A stretch of DNA of 64,000 nt from Antedon mediterranea (GCF_964355755.1 NC_092680.1:12657045-12721044); one strand, 5' to 3'. Positions 1 through 13,264 are shown, counted from the first letter of the stretch. Numbers and translations are program-made. Notes: a model not told the origin generated them from the letters alone.

Positions 1-71
1 CATAATACTTAATATAGGGCATTTCTTTATGGCAAATATTTCAAAAATTGGGAACCTTATATCAAAGGTGA

Positions 72-138
72 TTAAAATTTAATACGCTGTACAAGAAAGG
101 TAAATAGTGTTCTTTCGATCACCGTCCACATAATGCAC
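72..138 (-). pseudogene. Candidate second (TM1) exon of the DEG/ENaC gene with premature stop
   Basis: ttttcag| acceptor at 139-140. Phase-2 continuation gives (R)CIMWTVIERTLFTFLVQRIKF*, with W near the expected TM1 position but charged residues and a TAA at 72-74. Confidence 0.3.
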
Positions 139-796
139 CTGAAAAGCTATTGATTTCATTTGTTCTTTATTGTTTTATAAGAATATTGAATTTAGTACTG
201 TTTATGAAGAAACACATATTTGTTATTCTGAGATATGATATTGAAATGAAATTTTGAATATTGAATGAAAGTCGTGCGTGACATCACATTCACTCTTTCT
301 TCATTCCACTGTAAAAAAGAATTAAACTATCTGCTATATTATTATGGTATTATTCTTATTCTTCTTATTATTACAATTACAGTTACCCATATTAAGAGGA
401 CACCCAATACATTGTCCCTTTTTATAGTAGTCATAATCTACTGAAATATATACTTTTTTTCAGTCGAATAAAATATAGAAACAAAATGTGAGACAATAGA
501 AACATACATACAAGAATAAATAAAAAATTAAGATATCTGATTCATAGCATTCATATTCATATATAATTTATTGTGATGTACGTGTAAGTATGCAATGGAA
601 TAGTAACTGCTCAAAGAACAATATACTGGTTATATGAATTATTTATACCGATTTCTTTATTTCAACAATAAATATTATATAAGGGTAGTCCATCCAGCCG
701 AAGATGATCACTCTCTCCTTCATCATTGATGGTTATTCAACAATGTATTTTTCCCTTGTGTTTGTATATATCAGTGAAGAGTGAAATTACACTTGT

Positions 797-1430
797 AATA
801 ATAATAATTTATTGTTTTCTTTTTGCAGCCGAGGCGCAATTCTTTACAGATTGAAATTTATATTTATACTGGGTAACCTCTTCAGTCAAAGACTGGTCTC
901 CCAGAGGGCCCAGTTGGTGATCAGTGGCTGTGATGTACTAATACACCGGGGTAACCCCCTACTCGTCTCGAAAGATGTACTAGGTTCTTTAAAGTGCACA
1001 CGAGCTAGATGTGTACACTGGACCTACGGTTTATAGTCCTTATCCGAGAAGACTCGTTCTACCACCAGAACCATGGAGTGAGTGAGCCTCGAACTGATGT
1101 TATGGCTACGTAATTACGGTTCCACTGTCTTAACCGCTCGGCCACTCACTCACTCATACCATAGATGTGGAAACAAAAATAAGTACATACATAATAAGAA
1201 TTAACATAAAATAATAGTTAACACGTTATGAAATTGTAAGTAAGTAAGGAGAAATAATACAAAGTTGTGTCATGTAATAATACTATAATACTTTTATAAG
1301 GTTTCATTTCGCTCATTTCTATGCAGTTTTAACAATTTACAATATTTGCCAAAGATTATAGTTGTAAGTTTACTCTTCCCTGGTATTATATACATATGGA
1401 CAGTTTGTTCGATATAAAAGTTGAATTGAA
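797..1430 (-). mobile_element. Old LINE 3'-end fragment, interrupted by a SINE; same family as 59074-59635
   Basis: (AAT)n-tttattgttt tail. Segments 808-845, 1160-1182 and 1307-1370 align by eye with 59090-59155 and 59297-59365 (e.g. caatttacaatatttgccaaagat vs taatttacaatatttgtcaaagat). Inner boundary approximate. Confidence 0.6.
851..1155 (-). mobile_element. tRNA-derived SINE with Deu/Nin-type conserved core
   Basis: Minus strand starts gagtgagTGGCCGAGCGGttaag (Pol III A box) then caGTTCGAGGC (B box). The central tcggataaggactataaaccgtaggtcc...taaagaacc...gagtagggggttaccccggtgt resembles the Deu domain as recalled from SINE3/AmnSINE. A-rich tail. Confidence 0.8.
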
Positions 1431-1503
1431 TTAGTGGTCCTTACAGAACAAACTTTTGGGTGCATAATACATTTGATAACACGAAATAAAATGAAATGCT
1501 CAC

Positions 1504-1652
1504 CTTCGGCTCCACCTGTTACCTGTAGTGATGTTTTTTATTCCGTGAATAGATGTATTTTCTCCAAATATTTGCAATCGGTCATTTGGAGGCGGCGGAT
1601 TCCCTTCGGCTTCTTTGGCTTTTTCTCCCATGATCTCGCTGTTTACTTGCAT
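1504..1652 (-). CDS. First coding exon of a DEG/ENaC (ASIC/degenerin-like) channel subunit; gene continues leftwards, may be a pseudogene
   Basis: Minus-strand translation MQVNSEIMGEKAKEAEGNPPPPNDRLQIFGENTSIHGIKNITTGNRWSR(R) contains the pre-TM1 F-x3-T-x-x-HG motif followed by basic residues, typical of DEG/ENaC. It ends at a canonical AG|gtgag donor (phase 2). Too short for the ORF track. Confidence 0.7.
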
Positions 1653-3139
1653 GATGTTTTATGTATGTTATGTCAGGAGCGTAGATACAGCATCTGGAGT
1701 CTGAGCTGCTATTGTAGCATAGACATGCTTTAAATTCAATACCAATGTTGTTATAACGAGGTTGGTTTAATTTAGCTAAATTGTAAAATCGATTGTTTAA
1801 TCACACGTGACATTTTCCATGGTTATATATTATTCAACAGTTCTGTTATAGACCAATTACAATGCAAAATCAAACATAGTGCAGTAATTGATCAACTTGT
1901 ATACTCGATATCTCAATTATACCAAAGTTTTGTGGCACATTTATCGAAACAATTAATTGAATAATTATTAAAATTCCAGCACCGATGTTAGAGGGCAACA
2001 TACTGCACAGAAAATAGTTATAGAGGAATTTGTTTGTTTATTATTAATGAAAAATAATGTTCTCTAAGACCTAAATTAAGATGCTCTATATATTGAATAT
2101 TGTTTTTTAACATCATGTAATACTATAGTGTCTATGATCGTATAGATTGTTTTTATTATATTTAAAGGTTGACATAAATACGCCTCGCCGTAATTTGACA
2201 ATTTGGATTATTACTAAATGTACGGTATTGCCAATGGATAAACTGTACTAGACAACCGCTTCACATTTGTTGTCTTCTAGGCTTTGAATCACCTGTTTTA
2301 AATATGCAATACGACTATAACACTTTAAAAAAAATTAGCTTCAAGAATAATAATACAAAGATTAATATCATAACCTTCATCTTCAATATTATTTGGTAAT
2401 TAACTGTACTTACCTTATATTATCTAATAAACGACGGTAGGTTAAAATAATTTCAATATATGATGAGCTTCTCAAACTACGATTGATATAACAATAAAGA
2501 AATCTCTTGGCATTTGGGCATAACAATAATGCAGGTTACCATTAAATAATACAATCCTATGCTTTTATTTGATAATAATAATTGAATCATCATCTATTCT
2601 TTTACAGAGATATGTTCACAACACTGCACTGTACTCAGCCTTCAGTAATCCAGGTCTGTATCGATAGGGGGCAGCATTTACACACATACTACAGAGCCAT
2701 TAGTATGTCTCTGACATACCGATTCCGGTCCATCCTTGCAAATCAGATGTTAGTAGAACTTTCTTTATAACCTTTATTATTCATCAATGTGTTGACCTTA
2801 GCGAGACATCCACATCTTTTTGTTCAAATATGGGAGAAAATATAATAAATGCATAATATATCGGTTTAACATTATAATACTTGCTAAATTCAAAGGTTTT
2901 AGGCCTAATTCCCTTTTTCATAACCTCAACAAACAAAACACTTTTTCTAAACTATATTGATGAACTTTTATACTGTTTAACCATTATTTATCACCAACGT
3001 TATGCTAAACGAACATACATTGAATAGGCCTAGTTTATAATAAACAATAATTATTTATAAACCGTCTGTAAAAATATTTATTTAATAGACTTATTATATC
3101 AGTTAAATTAATAATACCTTGTACTATCACGAATTATTT

Positions 3140-5765
3140 TATTTTTAATTTTTTTTAAATTTTATTTCTTCAAATCCAACAGCAACGAAAGTTGCCACTT
3201 AAAGGTATGAAACATAAACAGATACGATAAATACTCTATATAAAGCAAACTTAAATAAATAAGTCAATAGTAAAAAAAGCCTATTGAGCACGATTATTTA
3301 AAAAAGAATACAATGAGTCTTCCTTGAATGAAGAAAAACTATTGAAGAAAATATCAAAATTTGCATTAGACTCACTTTACTGGTTATACAAGGAATGTAA
3401 GCGTGTCTGAAACCCCCTTTTCGAGACATTTACTCTATTAAACGGAACATAGAAAGTAAACTTGACTCTGGTTTTACGAGAAGGAGCATGTAAACTAAAA
3501 AGAGAGCAACAGTCGCAACTAAACAGACAATTGACACTCTTATAAAGAAACATCAGACATACTTCTTCTAAACTTGAGAGGCTCAAGACAATTATCAACA
3601 TCAAAACGTTTACAAAGAAACCTAACAAACTTATTTTGAACACGTTGAAGCCTTGTGGCATGAATATCAGAAATTGAATTAAAAATAACAGAGGATAATT
3701 CTAAATTAGGTCTAACAAACGTTTTGAACAAATTAACAAGGGGTTTGGGGTAGCTAATTCCCCTACAGTGCCTCCAAATGAAGCCAACCATTCTATTACT
3801 GTTACTAACAATGTGGTTAATATGCTTGGAAAATTAAAGTTTGGAATCAAAGAATATTCCCAGATCCTTATGGTATTGGACTTTGTCCAAGTTCTGATTA
3901 TTAATTTGATAAATACATGAATGTTGAGTGTTGATTTAAGAGTAATATTCATTGACTTACATTTGGAGGCATTTAGTTTCATACCCTAAGAATTAGACCA
4001 CTGCACTAGACCATCCAAATCCTCCTGTAGTAATACTGCATCGTCATTAGAAGAAATAATACGATATAATTTAATATCATCCGCAAATAAAAGAAACTTG
4101 GAAAATTTTGGAATTGTGGTAAAATCGTTGATAAAATGTTAAATAATAAAGGACCCAACACTGAGCCCTGCGGAACACCAGAAAGAATAGGTAACCAATT
4201 TGACAATTGACCCTTAACAAGAAGTTTCTGCTGCCTTCCACTCACGTAAGATGATAGTAGCTGGTGTAGTTTGCCAATGATACCAAATCTGTTCAACTTG
4301 TAGAGAAGGAACTTATGTGACACCCCGTCAAAAGCACGTGAGAAATCTGTATAACATCACATTGCTGTTTGTTGTCTATAGAAGAATACGCTGTACTTAA
4401 TAAAGTAGCCAGATTAGTTTGGCATGATCTCCCCGGAGTAAAGCCGTGTTGAGACTCACTCAAAAGGGGAGAAACATGCTGAGATATATGATTATAAATC
4501 ATTCTCTCAAATACTTTGGAAATAGTACAATGGAGTGAAACTGGTCTGTAGTTCTTAACATTATTCCGAGCACCTCCTTTGAATATTGAGCAGATGTTGG
4601 CTGTTTTCCATATATCTGGAAAAGTTCCCTCCACAAGTGAACGATCAAAAATCATCATCAAGGAAGTGAAAGCGAGGATACCCCGGTGACAAGAAGAGTG
4701 TTACTTACACCATCTGGGTCAGAGGCCTTGCGAGGGTCAATTGTCTTAAGTTCCCTTTCAATCTCCGCCCGTGTAACAGATATAAATGATAATTGATCAG
4801 CAGTATACTCAGGAAGGTCTGGATGGTCCATTGCAGCATCTTGGCTAAATAAAGAATAAAAATAATTGTTAAACATAGTGGCCCTAGAACTGTATAAGCG
4901 CTATCATTGTCATATTGAATAACAGACGGGGTGCTGGAATCTTTCCTAGTTGTATTCACCCAAGACCAAAAGTGCTTTGGGTTTTCACCCATGTTAACTG
5001 ATAAAGAATTAATATACAGTACTTTTTTACTTTAATCTACACATTTTTTAAAAATTACTTCTAGCTATCCTAAAATTCTCTATATCAAGCCTATTACCCC
5101 TTTTCTTTTTTATTCTAAAATAACTCTCTTTTGCTTTGAGCATAGTGTAAAGTTCTTGATCATACCATGGGGGAAATTTAGGCTTGGGGCGACTCACTGG
5201 AACAAGGTCTTTAATGGCACCTTCAACTAACGAATAAAACATGCCGGTAGCATCATTCACATCTAAAGCAAAATTAAGAATATCCCAAGGAGCATAGAAA
5301 AGAGTTGTGTTGAAATCATTCACATTGAGTTTTTTAAAGTTGTACATTATTCTCGAACTATTGAAACTATTTGTATGATTCTGATTGTTTAAAATGGGTT
5401 AATCGATACTTGAAGAACTATGATCAGAATCAAATATATTAAGGCCTGTTGTTACATTATTGCACAAATTATTGTTTGATAAAACAAGATCAAGAACATG
5501 ATCAGAACAAGTAGGAAACAAATTGCATTGAAACAAATGACAAGAATTCAAAACAGTGTCAATGACCTTTGGAATTGTTAGATGCATGACATTGTAAAAC
5601 ATCCTTATTCCATATAATGTCAGGTAAGTTAAAGTCTCCGAGGAGAATAACATCATGTGTACGAGAGTTAAACTTATATAGTATGTTTTCAATGGCTTTA
5701 GAAATGTTAACAATCGAGTTGAAACCTTCAGATGGTGGTCTATAGTAAACACCAATTATCACATA
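3140..5765 (-). mobile_element. 5'-truncated, frameshifted non-LTR retrotransposon (CR1/L2-group ORF2: APE endonuclease + reverse transcriptase)
   Basis: Colinear fragments: IIGVYYRPP...ILLGDFNLP...DLVLSN...SDH (endonuclease), NYRPVSL, QHGFTPGRSC, SGVPQGSVLGPLLF, MKLNASKCK, FVRPNLE, LEPLKFRR. A-rich tail at ~3140-3165. Many frameshifts. Confidence 0.92.
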
Positions 5766-6497
5766 TAGCCTTCATAGCCTTCATAGCTAGCAATTTGTTC
5801 TGTAAAAAAGGCAAGATATACCCTGTCCCTTTACCGGTACTTTACGTCCTTTGCTACTTTAAAAAATACAAGTGAGCCCCCTATCGTTTGAAGTGCGCCC
5901 TCTATTATGTATTTTCAGTAACAAACATTCTTTTTTAAGTTAAAGGTCACCTGGTATAATTTCCTTATTAAGAGTGTGATAAGTTAATGTTTAATAATTC
6001 TAAATAGATGTATACGTTTATTTTACTACATTTGAGCTTTTCTGTTACCATTATTACCTTTTGCTTTTTATTTAAATTATGTAATGATAACTAGCAAAAT
6101 GTGGAAATGGTAGAAAAGAGCTTGCACGCTAAAAAAGACATTCGTTTCTTTTGTATGATCGACGTTGTGCTTTTGTATTGTATTGTCTTGTTTGCTAACA
6201 TTATATTAAACATTATAAATCAATGTGTAGTAGCAACATTGAACATTTACGGAGAATGTGCTTGTATGCTGCAGACGTACAACTAGTTGCTTGGAACTAT
6301 GCTACCTCTCATATTGTTCGTGCAGGTAACTACAGTATAATACTTGTTTGCATCAAAATCTATTATTTTGATTAAAAAATAGATAATTTTAAAGTGTAAC
6401 GTGTATTATAATTGTTCTTTATTCCATGTTACTGTCCGCTGGGTGATTAAAAATGTGAAGGCTAATGTGTTCTAAATTGTCATTACAGCTTAGCATT

Positions 6498-6545
6498 AAA
6501 ACAAAACTCAACAACAAATTGTAAATTTCTCTTATTTTTTTTATT
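6498..6545 (-). terminator. Candidate TFAP2 polyadenylation site
   Basis: AATAAA on the minus strand (plus tttatt 6540-6545), followed about 20 nt later by a GU/U-rich tract (tttgttgttgagttttgtttt, 6498-6518). Other AATAAA hexamers lie nearer the stop, so this site is not unique. Confidence 0.4.
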
Positions 6546-7936
6546 TCTGGACTTAAATCCTTTGAACAAAACAGCTACGCTTCACCCTAATACATATCTA
6601 CACATTGTAACAATTGGCTTAATAAACAATTAATACTTTTTTCACAACTATTCAGGGTGAGGCATTGGATGAAAAAACTTAAAACTAGGTTTTTACAAGA
6701 GCTTACAAACATAAAAATAAAGACTTTACAATACACTTTAAACAAGAACTGTATGAAAACGACGTATTCGCACCTCTCATTTTTTTGATGATTGAAGAAA
6801 ACTTTTTTTACAATTTACAGGATATTTTATTTATATATCAATAAACAAGTGTATATATACACTCTTATACGTCCGAAAAAAAGCCATCCGTTTAAGAATA
6901 TATAAAACAAATTAAAAACAGATTATGTAATGACGATGCCAGATTGATTCGATTGTAACATGAAAATGACCAGAAATTCAGTAATCAAATGATATCTATA
7001 CCAAAACATAATGAGCAACAATTCTGATTTATATTCTTTTCAACGTTTGCTTATTTCACGGATTTTACAAAACTAATAATACTACTCTCTGGCGATGTTT
7101 ATTTTAAAGTAATTTTAGTAATCCATAAAATCCATACAGACCCTTTATGATGCCGATTGATAGTATTTTTCAACAATGTATAAAAAAAAACTAGGTTTGT
7201 TTCTAATCATATGCTTTGGTCACCCAGATAAAGAGTACAATTATTCAAATGTAGAAATTATTGATTCTGTATATATTTCATAAACGCTGCACTATAATAA
7301 TCATTGAAACAAAATTAACCATAGACAAACGTGATGAGCTTTTGCATAATTTTACAGAATTGAGAACATATCATAAGAAATTAATTTTGAACTGAGTTGT
7401 ACAGGTCTATGTTATATATTATATCTCCCACCAACCCCTACCACCCAAACGTGGTACAACCAACTACATACAACAAAAGTGATCTTGTGAAAATATTGAC
7501 TATTCTTTTAATTACAATAAACAGAATAGTTTAACACAATCTGAATATTTTCTTTAGTCATTTACTTCTTTTCTTTCTAAAACTCAATATTTACCAAGTT
7601 ATTTTGTTGAAAGTAAAAATGTTTTAAAAATAATAAAAATATAACAAATGTAATGAATTGTATCGAATCACAAAACAAGTAAAATCGATCAAGATATTTC
7701 GATTTAAAAATATCAATATAGTTTACACTGTTGTGTACAAACGGGTTACAATAATGAATAGTTTCTAAACAATACTGATTCGGATGTAATTTCTAAACAC
7801 TTATGTACAAGGTAAAATAATCAAACCATAAATATTCTGAAAGGTATAAATATTGTCATAAAAAATTGATTAAAGACGACGACAAGGTAAGCAATATTGT
7901 AAAGAAAATGAAATTCTTCTCAAATATTTAAAAATT

Positions 7937-8273
7937 AAGATGTATTGTCCCCCTGAAAAAATAATTCTTAATTTTTTTTTTTTTAATATTCCATTTTAAT
8001 GTAACATAAAATTTAGATCAAAAATTGGATAAAAAAAAATGTATTTACCAGAAAAATTTTTATTTAAAGCAAAAAAAATTCTAATTGGCTGCCAGCCAAT
8101 GAATTTTTGATTGAATTTAACCATTTATTTTGTCATTTTATAAGAGAAAACATTTTTTTTTTTTCCATTTTTTTTTCTATGGAAGTGATTAACTGTATTA
8201 ACACTACAAAATAATATTCAAAGTCTGATTTAATTAATCTTCATTTTTCATGTTTTTGGGGGACAATACATCT
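7937..8273. mobile_element. Non-autonomous DNA transposon (MITE), TTAA target, Kolobok-like termini
   Basis: Terminal inverted repeats aagatgtattgtccccc ... gggggacaatacatctt with ttaa at both sides; no coding capacity. Confidence 0.7.
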
Positions 8274-9178
8274 TTAATACTTAAGTACGTTTATTAAGTA
8301 TTTTGCACAAATGTACATTTTGTTGACTGTCGACATAAACTTAACACAATTGTGTTCCGTAAGTTTCAATTCTACATTTACACGTAAAGTATCAAATTGT
8401 GGTACAGTCTTATCATTACTAAACCATGGTACTGTAGATCGTGAATCGACTTTTAAGTCTTTGAATGTGGCTAATTTCGGTGGGTTTAAAAATACAATCC
8501 TTATACTTGTGCTATCTCTTACTTGAAGCGATATACTTTTTGGTCGATGATGTTTTATTATCAAAAACATTAAGTTACAACTGTATCTTTCAAATTATAA
8601 AAAAGAGGAATATATCTACAATATAGCTACAGGTTAGCATCGTATCAGCTCTAATCTCATGCCACTTTTGAATAATATTTTTTTTAAACACATCTATTTG
8701 CACGGCGGTCGTTTTGAACTTAATATACATTTATATAAGAGGTAATTAGCAAAAATGTTGGCGGACAGTTAACCCACAGAATGGGTAAATAGACGGATGT
8801 GTATAAGGTGGGTTGATTAAAACAACAGTTGGCAGAAATATTTTCTAAAAATGTTCTTCTCATTAATAATTGTCATAGAGTTTGGTGTTGTAGCGCTTAC
8901 CAATTTTCACTATTTGGTTTTTGTTATTTTAAGCACCTTGATTAGAGTATGTAACGCACAAACACATGATCGATGACACGGTAAACATAACACTCATCGA
9001 GACTTGTCTCATGAGCTTCCATGACGTAACAGTTGACCAGTTCTTTTATTAAAACATGCTGACAGGTCAAAAATGAAATCTAACTATTCTGGTCTTTTAC
9101 AGTCTTCAAACCTGAGAAGCGTTTGTACCGCGTCTCCGTTCCTCCTGTTTTTTACACGTTTTATCGAATCACATTTGT

Positions 9179-9488
9179 TCATACGTCTTTTACTCTATCA
9201 TCTCCTTTGTCACCGTTACTTTTATTTGAATTAGAGTCTAATTTACCACCGCCATGTGGTGATATGATACTTGGATATGCCTTTTCCATATATTTGAGCA
9301 TTTCTGTTAAACAGTTCTGTAGTGTGGCAAAAGATGCTGAAAGAGCAGGCGTTCCAAATCCATGAGTTATCATACTGAAATGTGTTAAACAACGTTGAAT
9401 GGACGGCTCTAGAATAGGCTGCGCACGCGTGTTTCCAAGCGGTGACCGGTCTTGACATAACACATCTTGCATTTCTTTAAGAACTTGT
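9179..9488 (-). CDS. TFAP2: TFAP2 exon 7 (last coding exon; end of helix-span-helix domain)
   Basis: tttag|A acceptor (phase 2); [48 protein letters not shown]...KDV*, a hallmark AP-2 C-terminus. Confidence 0.97.
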
Positions 9489-9728
9489 CTAAACAAATAA
9501 AAAGAACATTGTTAAACTATGGTTAGGAAATAACACCAGAACAAACAACCACCTCAACCAGTTGTATCATTCTATGATGATCAATATAATTAGAATTATG
9601 GTTAAAATCATAACTAGCAATTTCACTAAAATCATTATCATTTTCGTAATTATCAAATCTGATTATTAGTAATCATCCTGCTCAGAATCCTTTACCTTCA
9701 TAATTATATATTATATTATATTATTATA

Positions 9729-9890
9729 CACTGATGAAGGGCTAGTGTTGCCTGAAAGCTCTGCTAACTTTTCTGGCTGTTTTACTTTATCGTTTTGATT
9801 TAGCTTTTCACTCCATTGAGATCCAGCCACTCATGATACCCACTGCATTGTCATGTTTTCAGTTATTTGCCTTTGGATTTATACCGTATT
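9729..9890 (+). mobile_element. Penelope-like element terminal remnant carrying a minimal hammerhead ribozyme motif
   Basis: ca-CTGATGA-a-GGGC-tagtgtt-GCCT-GAAA-GC-TC-tg at 9729-9763, followed by a T-rich tail; flanked by TTA/TA microsatellites. Confidence 0.5.
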
Positions 9891-10009
9891 ATATATCATA
9901 TATATCATATATATATATATATTATACACATAAAATACCTAGGTAACAATCACTAGCAAACTTTAATAATTTGTCTTTGGAAACTCGGGTTGTTTTATTA
10001 AAGGCTTAC

Positions 10010-10151
10010 TTTGTTGCTAAGACCATATTCTTTCTTGTTTGTTGTTCAGATGGGTCTGTGTGTTGCCTTGCTGTATATTCACCTATCTGCCTAGACGGGA
10101 ACTCGGTTTCACACACATAGCCGAAATCACGCGCCAGATGTATTGCTTCAC
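10010..10151 (-). CDS. TFAP2: TFAP2 exon 6 (142 bp)
   Basis: ttttgttag|GT ... AA|gtaag; (G)[46 protein letters not shown](K). Phases match both neighbouring exons. Confidence 0.97.
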
Positions 10152-12314
10152 CTAACAAAACAATAATAAATACAATAGTCAATTTGTATATTAAAAGATT
10201 GTTTTGTTCAGCAGGATACAGTTTTCAGTGGATTAAGAGTAAATCTAAACTTGTTTATTTAAACAATAACAAACATCATTTTTTGAAAACGTCATTTTTT
10301 ACAATTTTTAATGAATAATGTAGATAAAATTATTGAATAAAAAGTATAAATTATTGTTTTTTTAACTTTACTACTGTGACTGTAAAGTTTTACATACAGT
10401 CGACTATCTTGTCCTCAATTATTATAAACAATCCTATACACTCTATCTAAAGACATCCGTCTTTTGATATGGTTAAACACATTGTTTTGGTATTGTAGCT
10501 ATATGCCTAACGTAGTTAAGTTAGTTACATAACTAACGAAAAATAATAATGAACAATAAATCGGGATATAAGTACCGTACCGTAGGACTATATATGTCAT
10601 GCGCCTGCGTAGATAACCAAATCAATTACGTTGTGTGCGTGTAGATATCAAAGCATCTACGTTATGTGCGCGTTTAGACGTCACAATTATTTCAATCTGA
10701 CAGGTTACAAGTTTAAACTACAAATTTAATTAATTAAAAAGACCAGAAACCAGAGTCATCAATTAACTCTTTTAATAACGCACAGTACATGTACTTTTCT
10801 TAACATGATATCTATAATATTAATAACATGAATTGGTTTATCAGGCATAAAGTTAATTGTTTCGACATCCGACTATATTATATTGACACTAAATAGAAAT
10901 TTGAGTCCAAAATGTAAAGTTTACACTGTGTACAAATTTCAGCGTAACACATGTTTATAGCCGAATACAATAACAAATATAGATCTCATATCCCGTCAAT
11001 AGCTTGTTTTAACTTATGGTTAAATGATTTTCTGTTTCTATCTTAATCCTTTATTAATTTTAATGTTTGATTTAGCGCACTGCTTCGTCAAATAACACAA
11101 GAAATGGTCAATACCCGGAGGCAGGATCCAATTCACCGTAAGCGAATTATTGAAAACTACGTCTGTCGTACATCTAGCCATAAACAACTACCTATCTTAG
11201 GTTTGAAAATCAGAATATTATTTAAAGAACAAAATATATTGAATATCTAACAATATGCTTCTATTTCACGTGTTTTAGTTTGTAACCTATTCTAAATTAT
11301 ATAAGGTTCAATATTAATATATGATCTAAACTTCAATCAATAATCAATCGTCGTATATCTCGTTTATGTTAACAACAAAATGTACAATGTTTCTTTATAT
11401 AGAAAAAGGGTCGTTAAACCATAATTCAACCTGAGGTGTACTTTTTGACAAAGGTTAATATTTGGCTACGTACACAAACGTCTGGTTAGCAATTCACCAA
11501 CAAGACCAAAAGAACAAAAAGGCTATTCAAAGAAACTAAGTAATGAATGCAGCTACTTCACAAACCTTATACAATCGATTTAAACAGTACCTCAAAAAAA
11601 AGGCCTTGGCTTATATTTGCACCCATATTTACCTGGGATTAGTTGGTGTGAAACAGGACACCTTTTTGGAATATTGTTCATTTACATCGCTACAGAAAGT
11701 GTAATTGAAATCATGTAAATTCCATATCGTTCACGTCTTTATTGAGTAATGACTGATTATCTAAAAACTAACAAGTCTTTATGGAGATGTGGAGTGACCT
11801 ATTGCCATAGTATATTCATATGCCTAAGACTTAGGCTAAGAACAGATTGAAGAAGACTAAGATAAATTAAAAGAAAAGAGTTTAAACAAGTACTGTATAA
11901 AAGAAATGGAAAACGCTAATTATATATTTGGTTTATAGATAATTCGACGAGAAATGACAGCCACCAGTAGGAAAAACGTATCCAATTTGTAGAATTGCCT
12001 TTGAATTAAGAAGATTTTAAAAAAGTGCGAAATACACTGAGTTGATGAAAGAGCAATATATGTGGATTGTGAGATCTTAAGTAAATCCTCACTACTTATT
12101 ATAAATTATGTTTAAAGGATACTGTATGCGAAATACAATAACAACAATTAAACTACGAAAGTATTTTGTTAGGTATCTTGTATGTAGATGAAACGAAGTA
12201 GGCCTATACATAATCAAATTTTAAGTTTATGTAGCCAGTTTTAATTTTAGTATAATCAATAAAAGATCAACACCAGAAATCAATACAACCACACCATCTG
12301 AACGTCGTGTTTAA

Positions 12315-12940
12315 AGCCCCATTCCCTACGTTTTTTAGATCTATTTTAAGATCACAAACTATATTTAATGTAAAAATAATACTATATGGTCCTATTGCGA
12401 TAACTTTTTTCGTCTTTAAACGGTTAAAAATGTGAAAAATAAATCGATTCTAATAATTATAGAGGCCCGCTATAAATCCCAAAATGCATTGCGCGCGGAT
12501 TGATATTTTTGTTTTTCACCTGTAATTCGCCCACTTTTCGATCGATCGTGAAGCCAAAACAAATGGAAGACTCCTAACTTTTCAGCGAAAATACCGGGTT
12601 TTCCCCAATTTGTATCAACGGAGTCTGGCAAAAATAGAAAGACAATTAATGCAGCAACTATACAACGTCAGGCTAGGTATATAGCTAGCGTACGATGTTC
12701 GTACGTTATCGATGTTTACCAGCTAGGCCTACAAAACTAAGCCTAGCTAGGCTAGGCCTAAGACCGTCCACGAGAGGTCGATCACCGCGAGCTACTTAGG
12801 TAGTGCATTGTTTCTCACTTTTTCTCATAATTTACCATAAAACGTACATTTAAGACAAGGAATGACATGGTTTAATGTTTTTAAAGTGATATATATGTAT
12901 TATTTTCCAAAAAACGTCCAAAATTGCAGGGAAGGGGTCT
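12315..12940. mobile_element. Non-autonomous DNA transposon, TTAA target duplication, Kolobok-like
   Basis: ttaa|agccccattccctacgtttt ... aaattgcagggaaggggtct|ttaa: imperfect TIRs with TTAA at 12311-12314 and 12941-12944. Confidence 0.65.
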
Positions 12941-13264
12941 TTAAGTAAAATTCCATCAAATTGTTTTACGAATGGATTTTATTGAATGGATATTTTGATA
13001 AAGGGATGGAGGTTATTAAAGCATATCCCATATGCGACACAGTATGAACATATCAGTTTATTAAAGCCATCATCTATATAGGTATAAGGTTTCTTTTAAT
13101 TGTCTATCTTTGTTGAAATAATGAGATGTTATTAAGGTGAGCCAGTTTGAATGACATCCTCTCCCAAAATATTCATGTCAGTAAATGAGACAGACACCGC
13201 CAATCAAACTATTGTACTACCTGTATCCCCGTTTATACTCTACGGGAATCCCATATTGGTAAAC

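Noticed and set aside
695-735. gccgaagatgatc resembling a second Penelope hammerhead
   Set aside because: No intact CUGANGA box and no downstream GAAA.
2590-2835. Cys/Trp pattern (WLCSMC) on the minus strand suggestive of a PHD finger
   Set aside because: In-frame stops and too few ligands; cannot be supported without a search.
9084-9182. 32-codon ORF whose ATG overlaps the TFAP2 stop (ATGA)
   Set aside because: Short, no recognisable motif and no readthrough or reinitiation signal; expected by chance.
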